A DNA stretch of 62,106 nucleotides, filler included. It is 6 parts of 6 records of this genome, joined end to end, with 100 filler letters (N's around TTAATTAATTAA, not from the genome) between each part and the next. Parts side by side here need not be neighbours in the genome. Positions count along the whole stretch, not along the records: positions 56,692 to 62,106 come from SRR20825019_84; 5 more parts are not named here. The stretch is one strand, 5' to 3'. The translations under genes were made by a program, and so were the position numbers. The notes under the pieces are model-generated. The model was not told the DNA's origin. It worked only from the letters and a program-made list of their open reading frames with translations, and ran no database searches. Shown here in pieces: positions 61,446 to 62,106 of the stretch (positions are counted from its first letter, which is position 1; each line of letters starts with the position of its first letter).

Positions 61446-62105
61446 TTATTCTCCGACGCCGAGTTTATCCTTCACAAGCGCCTGAACAGCCTGAGGATTG
61501 GCTTTGCCCTTGGACGCCTTCATCACCTGACCGACAAACCAGCCAGCCAGTGACGGTTTGTCCTTGACCTTGGCTGCCTGCTCGGGATTGGCAGCGATGA
61601 TCTCATCGACGATCTTTTCGATCGCTCCCATATCCGTAACCTGCTTCATGCCGCGTTCTTCAACAATCGCCTTCGGATCACCACCTTCGTTCCAAACGAT
61701 CTCGAACAAATCCTTGGCAATCTTGCCGGAGATCGTGCCTTCCTTGATCATGTCAAGGATTGCACCAAGCTGTTCGGGCGAAACCGGTGTTTCATCAATG
61801 CCTTTACCAGCTTTGTTCAGCGCCCCCAGCAGATCGTTGATCACCCAGTTCGCACCGGACTTGGCATCGTGCCCGGCAACAAGCTTTTCATAATAATCAG
61901 AAACAGCCTTGTCGGAGACCAGAACCGATGCGTCATAGACCGACAGGCCAAACTCATTGATAAAGCGGGATTTCTTGTCATCCGGAAGTTCGGGAAGATC
62001 TTTTGCCAATGCTTCGATGAAAGCATCGTCAAATTCCAGCGGCAGCAGGTCCGGATCGGGGAAGTAGCGGTAATCATGCGCATCTTCCTTGGAGCGCATC
62101 GAGCG
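61446..62105 (-). CDS. gatB: Asp/Glu-tRNA amidotransferase subunit B, C-terminal part
   Basis: [18 protein letters not shown] and [15 protein letters not shown] motifs. Confidence 0.96.
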   Translation of the reverse strand, partial: RSMRSKEDAHDYRYFPDPDLLPLEFDDAFIEALAKDLPELPDDKKSRFINEFGLSVYDASVLVSDKAVSDYYEKLVAGHDAKSGANWVINDLLGALNKAGKGIDETPVSPEQLGAILDMIKEGTISGKIAKDLFEIVWNEGGDPKAIVEERGMKQVTDMGAIEKIVDEIIAANPEQAAKVKDKPSLAGWFVGQVMKASKGKANPQAVQALVKDKLGVGE

Positions 62106-62106
62106 G

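Overview
This window is not one locus. It is six unrelated contigs joined by artificial 100-nt spacers (N44-TTAATTAATTAA-N44). (1) 1-12656: AT-rich Flavobacteriaceae DNA with housekeeping genes (M3 peptidase, phhA, sulfatase, hutU) and an inserted two-gene DUF6978-like + DUF1828/DUF1829-like module with degenerate cassette-like ends. (2) 12757-34012: a second Flavobacteriaceae contig (lipA end, gap, hybrid kinase, lpxK, kmo, photolyase/cryptochrome cluster, clpP, kynU, tatA, M1 peptidase). (3) 34113-45651: a Flavobacteriaceae contig with a satellite-like integrative element next to a tRNA-Leu-like 3' fragment. It encodes an integrase, excisionase and helicase, has an iteron-like repeat region, and carries a two-gene cargo (unknown protein + permuted papain-like Cys/His protein) and an HNH fragment. 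That cargo is the best candidate for an undescribed, probably anti-phage, system. (4) 45752-51250: eukaryotic, intron-less, co-oriented genes (kinetoplastid-like), including a class IV sirtuin and a protein with 7 Cys-Pro motifs. (5) 51351-56591 and (6) 56692-62106: Rhizobiales-type alphaproteobacterial housekeeping regions (dgt, erpA, xth, exoR; accC, aat, NDUFA12, gatB). No CRISPR array, rRNA or complete tRNA was seen. Family names come from motif recognition, not database searches.
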